Source of the DNA: Eledone cirrhosa
Taxonomy: Eukaryota
NCBI GenBank assembly: GCA_964016885.1
Contig: OZ024742.1
Coordinates: 48,918,001-48,982,000 of the forward strand
Reading direction: 5' to 3'
Length of the DNA stretch: 64,000 nucleotides
Both the position numbers and the translations under genes were made by a program. Below the pieces are notes generated by a model. The model did no database searches, was not told where the DNA came from, and worked only from the letters and a program-made list of their open reading frames with translations. Position 1 is the stretch's first letter. Every line of letters begins with the position of its first letter. Shown piece after piece: positions 13,350 through 28,571 of the stretch.

Positions 13350-14470
13350 AGGGAGAACCCCTCGGCAATTGGATCATGGAACCATAACTATTAAGAAAAG
13401 GAGTAGGAACTAGTGGAGGAGGCTAAATATAGTCGGAATTTCTTCAACACAGATCCATGGCTTTGGTACTGTACATTTGGATGGAGGATGGAAATTCCAA
13501 TATTCAGGCGTGGCGCTAGAAATTACTGCACAGATGCGAGTAGGGTTAGTCACAAGTTCCCGATTGTCAGAATGGGTTATAGACTGGATACCATTAGAAG
13601 GTAGGATTTGCCTCTTGAATCTTAGTCTGAAAGATAAGTCTCTCTATGTGCGGTGCAAGTTTATGGACCAGAAAAGGAGTCACATTACAGAACATTCATT
13701 CTTTGACGAATCACTGCAGCGTCAGATGTAGTTATGACTGAGTCACATATCTTAATGGGAGACGTCAATACAGGTGTTGGCACTTACCATCTGGCATAGA
13801 ATTGAGTGATTGGAAGGAACAGTGATGCCGCTCTAAATACGAAAAGAGAGGCCTTATTAGAATTCTGTTCTAGCAATGGACACTATAATGAATTTTTTTT
13901 CCAGCGCAGAGACATCCATAAATATACATGGCATGAGGGAATAGGGATAGAGATCAATAATTGATGTCGTTATTGTTTTTGATCTCATCGATTCTGTGGA
14001 TGTCCATGCCATGTTAAGTGTAGGACTTAGCTGTCAGCTGATCACCTCTAGTTATCTGCAAATTGAGTCTATAGAGAGTAGAAGAAGCCCATACAAAAGG
14101 CAGGTCCAGGGCTACATGGAGGATGAAGTTTGAAGCACTGGTGCATAAGGAGGTCAGGCCAGGTATGCGGATACTATTGCATCCAAATTCAGAGGACACC
14201 CTAAGCAAACTAAAGACGTTGAAAGGGAGTGGAGATTGTTCAACTAAGCAGTTTCTGCTTCAACTGTTAAATGCTGCGAGCGAAAGAGAAATGGTGTGGT
14301 GACGGATGACATGAAAATCTCTTGCTTTAATCAAAGGGTCAAAGATGCCATCCGAGCAAAGAAAGAGGCATAAAAAGATTGGATTTAGAAATAAGTGCCG
14401 CTTCTTGCACTTGTAGTATAAGCAGACACGAAGAAATGCAGCAGAGGTGGTAAAAGCGTACAAAGTTAAG
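13350..14470 (+). mobile_element. Decayed LINE APE endonuclease region (RTE-like)
   Basis: Degenerate motifs across frames: GSWN, SGVA...VG, LMGDVNTGVG, LLEFCSSNG, KYTWH, RSIIDV, ADHL. Confidence 0.65.
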
Positions 14471-14734
14471 GGAGTGAACCTAGGATTTAAAGTTCTTCCG
14501 CGTTGACTATCCTGTCTTTAACTCAGTTGTTGTGTATCAGCGGCGATATTGTCTGATGTATCCTTCTGATGTATTCTTGATATTTAGTTTCTATTTCTAG
14601 CAAGACAAACAAAAGAGAGAGACAAACACTCACTGTATGCAAGTCAGTGGTCATATATTTAGTGAACGGAGCCTGAGATATCTAACTAAAGATAAAAATG
14701 TTCTGAAAAAACAAAACGATATGAAAAATATTTT

Positions 14735-15460
14735 CACCGTCTTTTCAAATGTAGCCACAAGGCCAACAGAATAGGAGAGAAGGCGTCGATTAGATCGACC
14801 ACATACATGACTGGTATTTTATTTATCCACCCAATGAAGATGAAAGACAAATTTGATCTCGGCAAGTTTGGAACTCAGAATGTAAATATCCGAGACAGTT
14901 AGTGGAAAACATTTTGTCCGACGCTCTACTGGTTCTGCCAATCGAAAGCCTGTTTTAGTAAGAATAAGGATTTTTACTATAGGAACAAAGCCAGTAATTT
15001 ATGGTGAGGGAAAGTCGATTAAATCGGCCCCAGTGCATTACTGGTGCTTTACTTTATCGAAAGGGAAAGCTAATCACGGCGGGATATGAACTCATAAGGT
15101 AAAGGGTCATAACTCTATGCTGCTAAGCATTTTGTTTGACGCTCTACAAGTACTGCCAATCCACCACCTTTAATTTTAGTAAGAATAATAGACAATCGTT
15201 GGCCATAATTGTCCTCCGTAAATACTGCAGCAATGAAAAGAATAATGATTCCTAGCATAGAAATAAAACCTCAAATATCAGGCAGGGTAGAATTGATTAT
15301 ATCGATCCCTGTACTACTTGATTATTAGTACTTATTTTACTCTCCTAGGAAGAATGAAAGACAAAATAGATCATTGCGGGATTTGACATCAGGTACTAAA
15401 AAGTCGATTCTAAAACAAGGTATTTTATAAAACTCTCCACCGATTATACCAATGCGCTAC
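14735..15460 (-). mobile_element. Cluster of three older SINE copies
   Basis: Repeated actggta..tttatcga..atgaaag..aaa..gggatttgaactcag pattern at ~14735, ~14965 and ~15245. Confidence 0.7.
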
Positions 15461-16317
15461 CTTATTTATAACAAAAATATTATGTGCTTACGCTTTCTGC
15501 GTATTTATCTTTCGCTAGTTTTCCATACTGCATCCATTAACTATGTTAACACTAACCTACCTATTACATTTCTATGTGAATGGCGTCTCTGAATTATTTA
15601 TTACATACTGTTTTTCATACATTGTGGTGCGGGGAATCTATTGTTCATTCCCTATCTTATCATCCTATCTAAATGTCCTATTATATAATGCAGACTGCTC
15701 ATATTTTACTCCAGTTTTGTTATCCAGCTTGGTGGCTAACGTCAGATAATTTCATTGCCATAACTATAAACTTATACGTGTACCTGTATGAGTGTTCATG
15801 TATGTATGTATGTATGTATGTATGTATGTATGTATGTATACACGCACACACAAACACACATGTATTTACTTGCATATATCTATATAAATATATATACATA
15901 CAAACTTATATTACATACAGACATACATACAAACATAATACATACGTACGTATAACAATATATACATAGATATTACATATGTACACACACGTATGTGTGT
16001 ATGCCGATAACCATAGAACAATGACTGCACTTTTGCAATAACAAAATTACAAAATTACAGTAAAATTCGGTTGTTATACATGAGAATGTCTGAAATTCAG
16101 TGTCTATTTGAGTTTATATATATATATAAATATATAATAGAGAAGGCGAGGAAGTTTCGTCGTTTACATATGAAGAATGTTTATTTTGTATCGACCTGTT
16201 ACGCGCGTTTCGCAGAGGGTTGGCTCAAGGTAACCCATAGGAATTATGGACCCGACTCCAATATCGATCTGCTCGAAGATTGATGATGTGACAATATATA
16301 TATATATATATATATAT

Positions 16318-19300
16318 TTATTTATTAAAATAACAGATTAAATTGTAAGCAAAGAATCGCTGCTTTCACCCTTAACGGGATCTTCTGAAACTAAAAAAGT
16401 CAATCTGTCAACGCTGAAGTGGATATTTCCAAAGACGTTGCAACCGGAGGAAGACAGGAAGACGATACTTTGGTTCGTGGAAACATTCCCTGGCAAAGAA
16501 CGGAAAAAAACGTATATAATACGTCAGTAATAGGAGAGGTGAAAAACAATTACGCGCAAAGACAGAACCACCTTTATTGTATAAAAGAGGTCGTAGACTA
16601 ATGTTCTCTTAGGTGATTCATAGAGACGTCCTCTGGCAATGAACGAAAAAAACGAAGATAATACGTCATATGTGGTGCGTGGAGAACAATTGCACGCAAA
16701 GACAAAACCACGTAAATGGTATAGCAGAAGTTGTAGACTAAAATTCTAACAAGGAGATAGAATGAATCTCCGCATCAGAGTTAAGAATAAAGTAAATAAA
16801 TACAATACAGACGTAATAGAAATTAAATAAATACATACACGCATACAAATACGTACATACACAAGCATACGCGAAAACACTTACCATAGGTATACAAAAC
16901 CACGCACATATAAGTATGTGTGTGTGTGTGCGTGTATACAAATAAATAAATAATTAAATAAACGTATATAAATAAATAAATACGTATATAACAAGCGCAC
17001 AAACATACCTACGTGTAAATATACAAATATTCGGAAACGTAAGTCAACAAAATCATGAAGTACACATATACACACACCCTACATACGAACGAACCTGCAT
17101 ACTCACACAGACGCAAAACTCCCGTATACACATAACCAAACCATATGTACCAGAATATATTAAATTATACGCCATAACATATACAATCAAATATACGTAC
17201 GAGAAAGTATACGTACCTTCACAAAACATACAGGTAATATATACTTACCTATGCAAATAAGTAATGGTATAAACAAAACATATACTTAGCTACCACATAG
17301 ATCGTACTATCCGTTAGGGTATAACGTGGGGCTGTAATACAGGAAGGTTTTGTGCAATTTATGTTTACAAGCCGAAATTGCCTCAGATTTTTTGTTTAAG
17401 ATGTGGTATGTGGCGTAGAGTATTTCCAGGGCCTCAGCGGCGCAGAGGTCACATGGTCTTTTATTTCCGTTATACGATCTAGCCCTAGCTAGGATCTCCC
17501 AGTGTAACTTATATTGGGTGCGGTTGTCTTTTAGATTCCAGATATAAGCTGAAAGTAACGTCATATTCCTTCTTAGAGGGTAGCGAAAAGAATGGGTATG
17601 CATGTAAAGACGCTGCTTGAATCTATTGGCGGTTAACCCTATGTAGGTCCTACGGGACGTGGGTGTTTCAACCTTACATTTGTAGACAATGTTACGAGAG
17701 AGGCATTTCCCGGATAGGGGGCAATCAGCCCGATTCCTACAATTACAGTTAGTACTAACTACAGGGTTGCACGTGTTCCTACGGCTAGGTAGTTTAGCTG
17801 AATTTGAAGCTGTGATGTTATGTGCAGTCGTAGAGTAAGAAATGTTAATAGTATTTCTATTAAAATGTTACTATATTTATGTGTAGAGGGAAAAAGCTTC
17901 GTAATAAGGGAAAGAAAGAACTTAGCTAATGGTGTGGCCACTTCCATATTATATGGTGAGTTATACCAACAAATGCGAGGGGATCTATTTCTTCTTGGTC
18001 TATTTTCGTACTCTGTATATGCTACCTTATCGACAAATCCACTCCGAGCAAAAGCTTCATTGTAATAAGTGGAATGGTCGTTAAAAATATGTTCGTTAGT
18101 AGATAGGCGGGAAAGCCTCAACGAAACGCTTCTTACCAGGTTCTTGGTTATGCTGGAAGGATGGTTGGAATGTTTACTTATGTAATTAAGCGTATCATTC
18201 GGCTTTCTATACGGGTAATACAACCCATTCGATAAATTGAGGGTAACGTCGAGGTAATTAACGACTGAGAGATTGACCTCAACCTGTATAGAGAGGTTGA
18301 AGCCTTTAAAGAAGGTTGAAGCCTTTAAAGAAGGCACGAGGTCCCCACTTAGTCATGGTCAAAAGACCATCATCACGGTACAAACCACCGCCCGCGTTGG
18401 GGAATTCGTCCTTGATAGAGAAAAGAAGGAAAAGGCTGATAAGATCAGTAACCTCCGCAGAATCGATGGCGCCCATACTCACATCGAATGGGGTACTATT
18501 GGATTTTTTAATCCAAATAGAGTCGTCGAAATTAATCACCAACTTACGGGCATTGAGGATGACATCAACTTCGAAATCCTTAACCACTGTGAGTGTTTTA
18601 GCGAAATTGATAGCTCTAAGGAGAAGTGGTAAAGTGATGGAGGAATAGTAATTGTTGATGTCGAATTGGATAAAACGGCAATGTTCCTTGTTACATATGC
18701 CGTTGAACCAATCAATCACCGCGAAAGAATTGTTCCACAGTGCAAGAGCGGCCAAACTTCTAATTTCAGGTATAATTCAATCAAGAATCGTTTTACTAAG
18801 TCTACCTAAATCGGACTTCGTAGTGTTAATAAGCCGAATAGAGGGGCTCTTCGGAAAATTGGATTTGTGATCCTTCAGGGTAAAGTGGCGAGAAATACGG
18901 TTCAGAGGTTCGCTCCGGTCCAGGATGTTGAGATCAGATGTGATTTTAAACCGAGCATCGTTGATTTCATTGATGACGCACCGATTAGTTTTACCGTAAT
19001 CCTTAGTTACAGCATTATGTAGTAGTTGATAGTAAGTACTGCGCTCCACTTGATATAGGTTGCCAGTCTTGTCGGAATGGACGTGTACGGCATTAGAATC
19101 CTTAATAGAACGAATTCTATTCTTCAGTTCCTGCTGGAAGGAATTGCTCCTATTCCGAAATTTGAAACTCCGTATGAGTTCCAAGACATCATTTTCGAAT
19201 GGTAGCAATACTGGTTTACACGGGGGGTTATTATAGGTTTTAAACCCAAATTTATCCTGTTTGTTGTCTGCTTTTCGCGGATTATCGAAATAAAAGGCAC

Positions 19301-19345
19301 GCCAACGCAACCTTTTAATGAACGCGTCTGTTTTCTGTACAAAAT
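16318..19345 (-). mobile_element. PLE family A, longest copy: RT plus C-terminal GIY-YIG (frameshifted), 3' UTR and pLTR hammerhead at 16343-16392; possibly Hydra clade
   Basis: RWRAFYF, SDKTGNLY, TLKDHK.NF..IRLIN, QFDINNYY, MGAIDSAEV, LYRDDGL, NYLDVTLNL, YRKPN, SAYIWNLK, CDLC, LNKKSE. Clade inferred from the CxC linker. Confidence 0.92.
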
Positions 19346-19388
19346 TTACTCTGTTTATTTATACACACACACACACACACACACACAT

Positions 19389-19506
<118 letters not shown>

Positions 19507-19524
19507 GTGTGTGTGTGTAGTAAT

Positions 19525-20160
19525 ATATATGTATGAATAAACACAGTAAACTTCGTATTTAAAATGGCGAGGGTATAATGTACCACTAATATTTTAAATA
19601 TTAACCATACAGTATGATATATTAATTTTATACTGACCGTATCAAAAACATTTCATCTCTCGGTCAGATTTTAGACTCAATCTGTTTAGCCCGGAAAAAT
19701 TGTGTTTGTAACAGATAGATAATCTGTAGGCTATCATCAGCGAGAGATAGATCAAATGAAACAAAACACCTCTATAGCAATTTGAGGACCAAAGATATGT
19801 TCCTCGTGGTCTGCACGCTATACGTGGTATGAGTAGTTATGCTAGAAATAATAGCCTTATCCCACTCACTTTATAAGCTCACCCATTCAGGGGGCCGAAA
19901 TACAAATAAAATACAGAGTTATTAACTCATATAGGTACCCTGCAATTAAAACAAGCTCAAAGTATAAATACCGAGGATTATATAGTAATATATATGTATA
20001 AATAAACACAGTAAATTTCGTCTATAAAAATTACGAGGGCATAAGATACCACTAAAGTTTTAAATATTTAATAAATATTTAATACATTAGTGGTATCTTA
20101 TACCCTCGTAATTTTAGACACAAAATTTACTGTATTTCTTTATACATATATATTACTATA
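19525..20160 (-). mobile_element. Non-coding tandem plus inverted pLTR-like module containing a hammerhead (19655-19748)
   Basis: Direct repeats 19525-19605 and 19988-20070, inverted copy 20085-20160; minus strand ATCTCTCG-CTGATGA-TAGCC...GGCT-AAA-CAGATT..AATCTG-AC-CGAGAGAT (G12 and U16.1 altered). Confidence 0.7.
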
Positions 20161-20161
20161 T

Positions 20162-20337
20162 AATTGTTTCTACTTTAGGCACAAGGCCAGCAATTACCCA
20201 GTGCATTACTGGTACTTTATTTTATCGACCCCGTAAGGTTGAAAGGCAAAGTCAACCTCGGCGGGATTTGAACTCAGATCGTAAAGGGACGTAACTATGC
20301 TGGAAATCATGGCCTCCGACCCTCTACGGATACTGCT
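20162..20337 (-). mobile_element. tRNA-derived SINE
   Basis: Near-identical to 52410-52596. Confidence 0.9.
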
Positions 20338-20362
20338 ATACTATATTTATATATGTCTATTC

Positions 20363-20441
<79 letters not shown>

Positions 20442-20444
20442 ATG

Positions 20445-20491
<47 letters not shown>

Positions 20492-20555
20492 TTGATATAT
20501 ATTTATCCTTATCGAGCCCTCTTTGGATTTTAGTCTTCAAACTTATTATTATTAC

Positions 20556-20587
<32 letters not shown>

Positions 20588-20647
20588 CTATATGTATATA
20601 TATATATATGTGTGTGTGTGCGTGTGTGTGCGCGCACGTGTGTGTAC

Positions 20648-20692
<45 letters not shown>

Positions 20693-21352
20693 GAATGTAG
20701 AAAAGTAACACACGAGTTGATATATATAAAACAAATAGTAGAAAGGAAAAATACTTTTTCAGTAGTAAATGTTGAAGAGATTTTTTCAGTGAAATATCAA
20801 AACATTAATTTAATTACACAACCAGTTTAAGCATTATGTGCATTGTCAATTGCGGATATGCACACTATTGTTAAGCAGTATATTTGTACAAATAGTGATA
20901 ATAATAATAATTGTTTCTACTTTTGGCAAAAGGCCAGCAATTACTCAGTGCATTACTGGTACTTTATTTTAGCGACCCCATAAGGATGAAAGGCAAAGTC
21001 AACCTCGGAGGTATTTGAACTCACCGAGGTTAACTTTGCTTTTCATCCATGGTAATAATAATAATAATAAAAATAAAAAGGGAAAGACAAATTAATTTTC
21101 ACATATATGTTCATTCAGAGAAGAGAGTTCATTTCTCTGTCTATGCTTCTCTGCTAATAGTTTGACCATGTTATTCTTCACTCTTTCACTATTATTAATC
21201 TAAGATTAACTTACATAGGAATTTCTGAGAACTCAAACTCGCTACCTAAGGAAACCTCTTGTTGAGTCAAACAACGCCATACGTTAAAACTATCCACAAA
21301 TCGGAGTATTCACAACCTCTAACTGGATTACCTATAACGATAACTTGTTATC

Positions 21353-21391
<39 letters not shown>

Positions 21392-21463
21392 TAAATATAG
21401 AAATATATATATATATATAAGTATGTATACTTACATACATATATGTATACAGACGTACAGTAG

Positions 21464-21499
<36 letters not shown>

Positions 21500-21806
21500 C
21501 ATGCACACATATATATATGTACGTATGGATTCACCGAACATTTATTATAATGCTTTGTGTGATTGTAAACAAACATCCCGAATTAAGCCTGTTATACTCT
21601 GCTATGTATTGAGTACCTTACTTACTGTGGTTACCTCCGATTCAACCCGGAATAACGTATATATATAGTATGTATATATATATATATATATATATATACA
21701 TACTACTGTACGTCTGTATACATATATGTATGTAAGTACTTATATTTAAGTAACAGACGTACTAAGAGTGAGAAATGACATTTCGTTTCATTTTTTCCGT
21801 TTATCG

Positions 21807-21890
<84 letters not shown>

Positions 21891-22100
21891 CGGCGATGAA
21901 TTAGTTTTGCGAGGTTTTTTATATGAAATCGTGTGTCGAAACCGCCGGTCAGTCAATGGCAACATTGAGGACCGAGTAAGTTAGATCGCAGATATATATA
22001 TATAAAAGACAGCGAGAAGCGAAAACCAACCAAACAGTGAGTGTGTTCTGTTATTAATTCTGGCAATATTACGCAAATATGACCCTCCCCAAATATAACA

Positions 22101-22134
<34 letters not shown>

Positions 22135-22999
22135 GTATATATACATACATACATGTATGTGTTGTTGATCTTGTTGTTGTTGTTGTTGTTTTTTTCATAT
22201 ATTCAATCCTATGACAATCATAATTTTTTAATTGTATGTCTAGTAGTACACCATGTAATCTGTAATAAGTTTGTCTCTAGTTTAAATGGTATACCGTGAG
22301 TAGGGGGTATATTTTGCTGCCATTTTAAGGTGTACAGTACCTAGGACTGAGGAATGGTTATAGGCTTTCTTCCCTTAGTTATATCGTGAGAAATTTCGAA
22401 TTTATTGTTGTGATATTCATACCTTTTCACATGGCAAATTGTTTACAGTATCAACTTCAATTAATATTAATTCTAATTTCATTTCGAATACGCAGATATT
22501 GCTTGTTAAAGACATCAACTTTTAAAAAATGTCTTATTTCAGACAACAAAATTATACCAATAAAACTTTTAAAAATTTCAACAATTTATTAAAAATTAAT
22601 TTTGACTGATTTAATTGCTTAAGATGACAGATGCGCGTCAAATGTTAAAGTCCATTTCTGATTACTAATTACCATCTATGAATTTAGCAGTGCTTTGTAG
22701 GTGTAGACAATCTGACAGAGTGGGTGGAAAATAAATATTTTAAATTAATTTTAAGTAATTAGTTTGGCAGCCTACCAGTTAGAGTGCGAATGCCACAGGG
22801 GTCAAATCTTCCTGTCATCTCTCCAGGGCCGATAGAAATAAATGTCAGCAATATGGTCTATGATAGTTGTTTGTAATCAACTGATAATACCAAATCCAAC
22901 TCACCTTACAATATTACAGTATAAATAGATTTTGAAATTATTATGCACAACTTCAGGCCAGTGGATTTGGCAATATCAGTAGAACATCAGACAAAATTC

Positions 23000-23186
23000 G
23001 GTGGAGTGGCAGTATCGGTAGAGGGTCGGACGCCATGCTTTGAAGCATAGAGTTACTCCCTTTATGATCTGAGTTAAAATTCCGCCGAGGTTAACTTTGT
23101 TTTTCATCCTTACGGTGTCGATAAAATAAAGTACCAGTAATGCACTGGGATAATTGCTGGCCTTGTGCCAAAAGTAGAAACAATTA
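23000..23186 (+). mobile_element. tRNA-derived SINE
   Basis: gtggcagtatcggtagagggtcgg...gtcgataaaataaagtaccagt...agtagaaacaatt. Confidence 0.88.
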
Positions 23187-24390
23187 TTTAGTTAGGAGAT
23201 TCCATGTTCTGAATTCAAATCCCGCCTTCGTCAACTTTGCTATTGATCCTTCTTGGTCGAGAGATGACATTACGCGTTAAGTTCACGGGTCAATTATAAT
23301 TGTCTTTCTTATTCCACCTTGCGCCAATGTTAGAAAGAAGTACTATTGCTTTTCTCCTCTATGAGTGGTTTGTTTGGCATTAAATGGTAGACTCAGCATG
23401 ACCGAAGTTTTAAGAAATTTCCTTTGCATTCACGAGGTTCCAGATTCTATCTCACAATGGAGCAGATATTGAGTGGTCGGAAGCAGTGTGTAAAGCAATT
23501 GGATGTGATTCACCAGTAATTCGTAGTTCTAGCCATATAACATACTATACACTGCTTGTTCTACCTGGAATTTACACGAGAGGCGAATACTCAGCCATTT
23601 AATTGCTAGTTGAGATGCTCGAACAACTGGATATTCTTCATTGAAACCAACCAATTTGTTGCTGAATTACAGTATTTTGTTTCATCAGTTCATTTTATCA
23701 GCTGTCTTTCTGCATATTGTTAAATCATTTAGTCATTTTCTGTTAACGAGATAAGCAGAAGGCCTGCTAGTAGTTATAATTCTTATTTCATTCATCTTAC
23801 TAGCAATAACAATTGGATGCATCCTCAATTCCTCCACGATTAAAATAAAAAATGCACACATTAGTGCAACCTGAAACTGAGATAAACTTAGAAACGGTTT
23901 CGGTTTCGGTTGGGATGCATTTGATCAAATGTCTAGTCTATAAATGCTAAACACACAAAAAAAAATACAACATCCAGATCAATAGTTACTAGAAACGTTC
24001 TTCACAGATCTTCTAATCCACCCGACCTCGTTAGTTAAAAAAAAAGAATTGAAAAATTCAAAATAAATGCATATAAGCGTCGTTTTCCGAATACCATCAC
24101 AAATGACGCACTTATTTGAAGGTAGCGTAGCTGATAGAATCATCCTGATAATACAATCGTCCCTCGTATAGATGGGTATTCTGACTCTTCCATCCATTTT
24201 CCACTCGAGCACATATAATACATACAAGGGTAAAAACATTAAAGTGAACCACCAAGAGACATTTTACATAGTCAATCGACCTGCTAGAAATAACAGACAA
24301 AACTCCATCAAATCCCATCTCACAGTCATAAAAAAGTATATATATATATATAAAAATATATATATATATAAAAATTATATATATATATAT

Positions 24391-24565
24391 AATTGTTTCT
24401 ACATTTAGCAGAAGGCCACCAATTACCCAGTACATTACTTTATTTTATCGACCCCGTAAGGATGAAAGGCAAAGTTAACCTCGGCGGGATTTGAACTCAG
24501 ATCGTAAAGGGACGTAACTATGCTGGAAAGCATGGCGTCCGACTCTCTACCTATACTGCCAATCC
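24391..24565 (-). mobile_element. tRNA-derived SINE
   Basis: Same family core and A/B boxes. Confidence 0.88.
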
Positions 24566-24748
24566 AATGAAGGAAGTGTGGTAAGGAACCCGGTGAACCA
24601 TAACGCACCAGAGTACTCGATACTTTAGGTAGTAGAGTGGGTAATAGGAAAAGGTTCAGGACCCCGACGACTATTTCAGTCGAGAAATAGCCGTCGAAAC
24701 GGCTTGAGCTCTGCCGTCGAGGTCTTGAACCTTTTCCTCTCTCTATAT

Positions 24749-24781
<33 letters not shown>

Positions 24782-24791
24782 AATATATATA

Positions 24792-24825
<34 letters not shown>

Positions 24826-25035
24826 GTAATAATAATAAATTTGAAGACTAAAATCCAAAGAGGGCTCGATAAGGATAAATATATATCAAATATATAAGAA
24901 CCGTAATTAAAATAACAGATTAAAGTTTAAGCAAAGAATTGCTGCTTTCACCCTTAACGGGATCCTCTGAAACTCCCGTTAAGGGTGAAAGCAGCGATTT
25001 TTTGCTTAAACTCTAATCTGTTATTTTAATAAATA
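24826..25035 (-). mobile_element. Solo family A pLTR end with hammerhead (24924-24974, core CAGAGGA) and partial inverted copy
   Basis: Matches 5192-5352; the inversion joint at aactcccgttaaggg falls inside stem II. Confidence 0.85.
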
Positions 25036-25565
25036 TATATGTATATATATACATACATATATATATCTATATCATCTTATGATGTATATGATGTTGTTAT
25101 GTTGTATTTTTAAATATACATGCACATTTTGTAGATCTCAACGAAAAGAAATTAGTTCATACAACATAAATCTTTTTTTTCAAAGTTGGTGGATTAGCAG
25201 AAATACTGATGGTTATCTAGTTTGTTTTGGTACTAATCATTTTAATTAAAGGCAGCAATCCAAGGTATCTTTATCAATGATAGGTTTGTACTAATGTTGT
25301 CTATTTTAAAAAAATTTGTGCGGCTTTTATATGAACACACGCAGGCGCATACGCAATATATATATATGAAAGGCATCGCTGGATAATATGAAATTCTATA
25401 AACGAAGTATTAAAGGTAATTTTACTTTCAGATCAAAAAGAATTTTATCATAATCTACCATTGTTTCTTTTCTGTTTTAACGGACTAACAGACACAACAG
25501 ATACATACGTGCATACCTATAAATTTACACTCACGTGCATATATATATATATATGTGTGTGTATG

Positions 25566-25686
<121 letters not shown>

Positions 25687-27416
25687 CTGCACACATATAT
25701 GAGTGTGTTTATCACATATAATTTCCTACCTATTAGACAGAAATAAAATTCTTTATTTTGGACGGATGTTTATAATACACTTCAAACTTCCATTTAACTG
25801 TGAATTCTTTCTTTTGATGTCTATATCAGCTGTAAACATCCGTGATACTCGCTTGTATGTTAGAAGGGGTGGCAGGATCAGCACAATAGAGTAAGCGTAA
25901 ATTTACAGCTATTTTATTCACTGATCCGGTTTCGATTCCCAGCCATTAATATTTCATTTCACCCATATGTTTTATATGTCCTTGAGAATTACATAAACAA
26001 CATAACATTGCAACACCTGAAATGAGAGAAATATTTAGAGACTAAACCACAATCACAACAACAGATAAATACTGGCCAATCATATAATATGATGCAAGAA
26101 CAATGGATTTATTCTTGTTGTTACCAGACCTGTCAAATCTCTCCGTCCGACGGGGAGATCTACACAATTTAGGGTGGGTTAGTGATGTCTTCTCTTTTAA
26201 AAATATATATAGGTTTCATTATGTAAAATCTCCGCCGAGGTTAACTTTGCCTTTCATCCTTACGGGGGTCGATAAAATAAAGTACCAGTAATACACTGGG
26301 TAATTGCTGGCCTTGTGCCTAACGGAGAAACAATTATGTAAAACCTCCCCATTTTGCCTCGTTTCTCCCCGTTTTGGGGCCCTTTTTTTCATGGTACTCC
26401 CCGTTTGGTTTTTATAGGTTGGTATGTCTGTTGTTACTGCTGTACTGTTGTTACAGCCGGTCAGCCCTAATTAAGTAGAAATTAATATATCTTATGTTTT
26501 GAATAGAAATAATTGTGATAATTTTATGTGTAATTATGTGATTTTCTAGCAATACATGAGCAATATTATAGATTTTTCCGTTTACATAATTTATGGTAAC
26601 CTTCACAATAACTATTTAAAAAAATATTAACACTATTCTTTAAAATTTGAAATGTGTGCGTGTCACTGCAAATCACCCTAATAAAACTGAATCACAATAT
26701 ATTATAGTTGAGAAAATTGTGTAAGTTATTCTTGGAGACAGAAGATTGTGGATAGGTTCAATATTTCTCAGTGCTTCATGAATCAACCTCGTTGTCATGT
26801 TTTTATTTTTTTTCCTAAATTCTTAAAACAATCTCTACTTTCTCTCCACAGATTTGAGTCTTCCTGTTTCTTAGACGAATTTCGATTTATTTGAAGTGTT
26901 TGTCTTCTTGTCTCATTTCTCCGAATATTCATAAGATGAAACGATAATCATTCAGCTTTCAAATGAAATAACAATTGTTTTACGTTTAACAGTCTGTCAT
27001 CATAAATAATCGTTGATAAAATCCGGTAACGCATCTTTAGAGACAGTAAAAAAGTAGAGATAATCGCTTGTGGATAATGAAATATATATAGCCGAAATTT
27101 GGTAATGTGTACAGTAATCCTTATAAATCAGGAAATATGAGCAATGGTAAGCATTTCTTCTACTAACACGGTAATATATGATGATTTGCGGGTAAAGTCG
27201 CCCAAATCGACTCCAGGGCGTTACTGGTATTTTATTTTATTGACCCGAAAGCATGAAATGCAAAGCTAACCGCGGAAATGATTTGCACTCAGACTATAAA
27301 GTGCCGTAACTCAATGGAGTTAGCTGTTTAGGCGAAAAGAGCACAGCCGTCGAGGTCCAGACTCGTTGTAATATAGCCCATACTTTACTACAGCAAGTAT
27401 CGCGTACTCTTTAGAT

Positions 27417-27712
<296 letters not shown>

Positions 27713-28418
27713 AAACCCCAATGTCTTAATAGCGAATGATATAAGTATTTACGGTTTAAAGCAAACTGTGTTTATTTAACCTCCTCCAGTGAAGTAAAAC
27801 TTATATTATAAATATTTAAACCTATCTAAAATTTGAGATAATTAAACTACAGAGTTTACTTTCAATATATCCAAAAGAGCAGAAGAGCTGGCAGTATTAT
27901 TTTGTTGAGGAAGCGATACGAATATTTACCAGTCATGTATTTGGTCTATATTATATATCTTTCTCATTCCCACCTCGAGCTGCTCTCTCTCTCTCTCTCC
28001 TTCTCTGGAATAAATCGGTTGTATTCTGACCTGGAGAGGAACCTGTCCAGAACTACATCGCCCGTACGACTCCCACCAGGCGTTATGGGTTTATACATAC
28101 AGAGACACATTATGTTTTCCCTAATTTTTATGAATAAAAGCCTCAATACTTAAAAAGCTTTACATCCTGACTCTGTAATTTCTGTGTTCAAATCCTGCTT
28201 TGGCTGATTATTGGTTTAAATTGTCCTTATTTTACTGCTTTCAGATATTCGACTTCTGTGATTTCATTTAGTTGATCTTATTGCATTGAACATCATTATT
28301 CATGTAACAATTCACAAATTTATGATGTTTATTTTGAGATAAATAGTTTCAAGCCATCAGAGTACACCGTTCAATATAGGTAGGATAGAGAAACCCACAT
28401 ATGAAAAGGATGATGGGA

Positions 28419-28459
<41 letters not shown>

Positions 28460-28520
28460 TATATATATATATAGGCGAGGCGGTGTTTATGCGTACGCAT
28501 ACATGCGTAAATTTATACAT

Positions 28521-28571
<51 letters not shown>

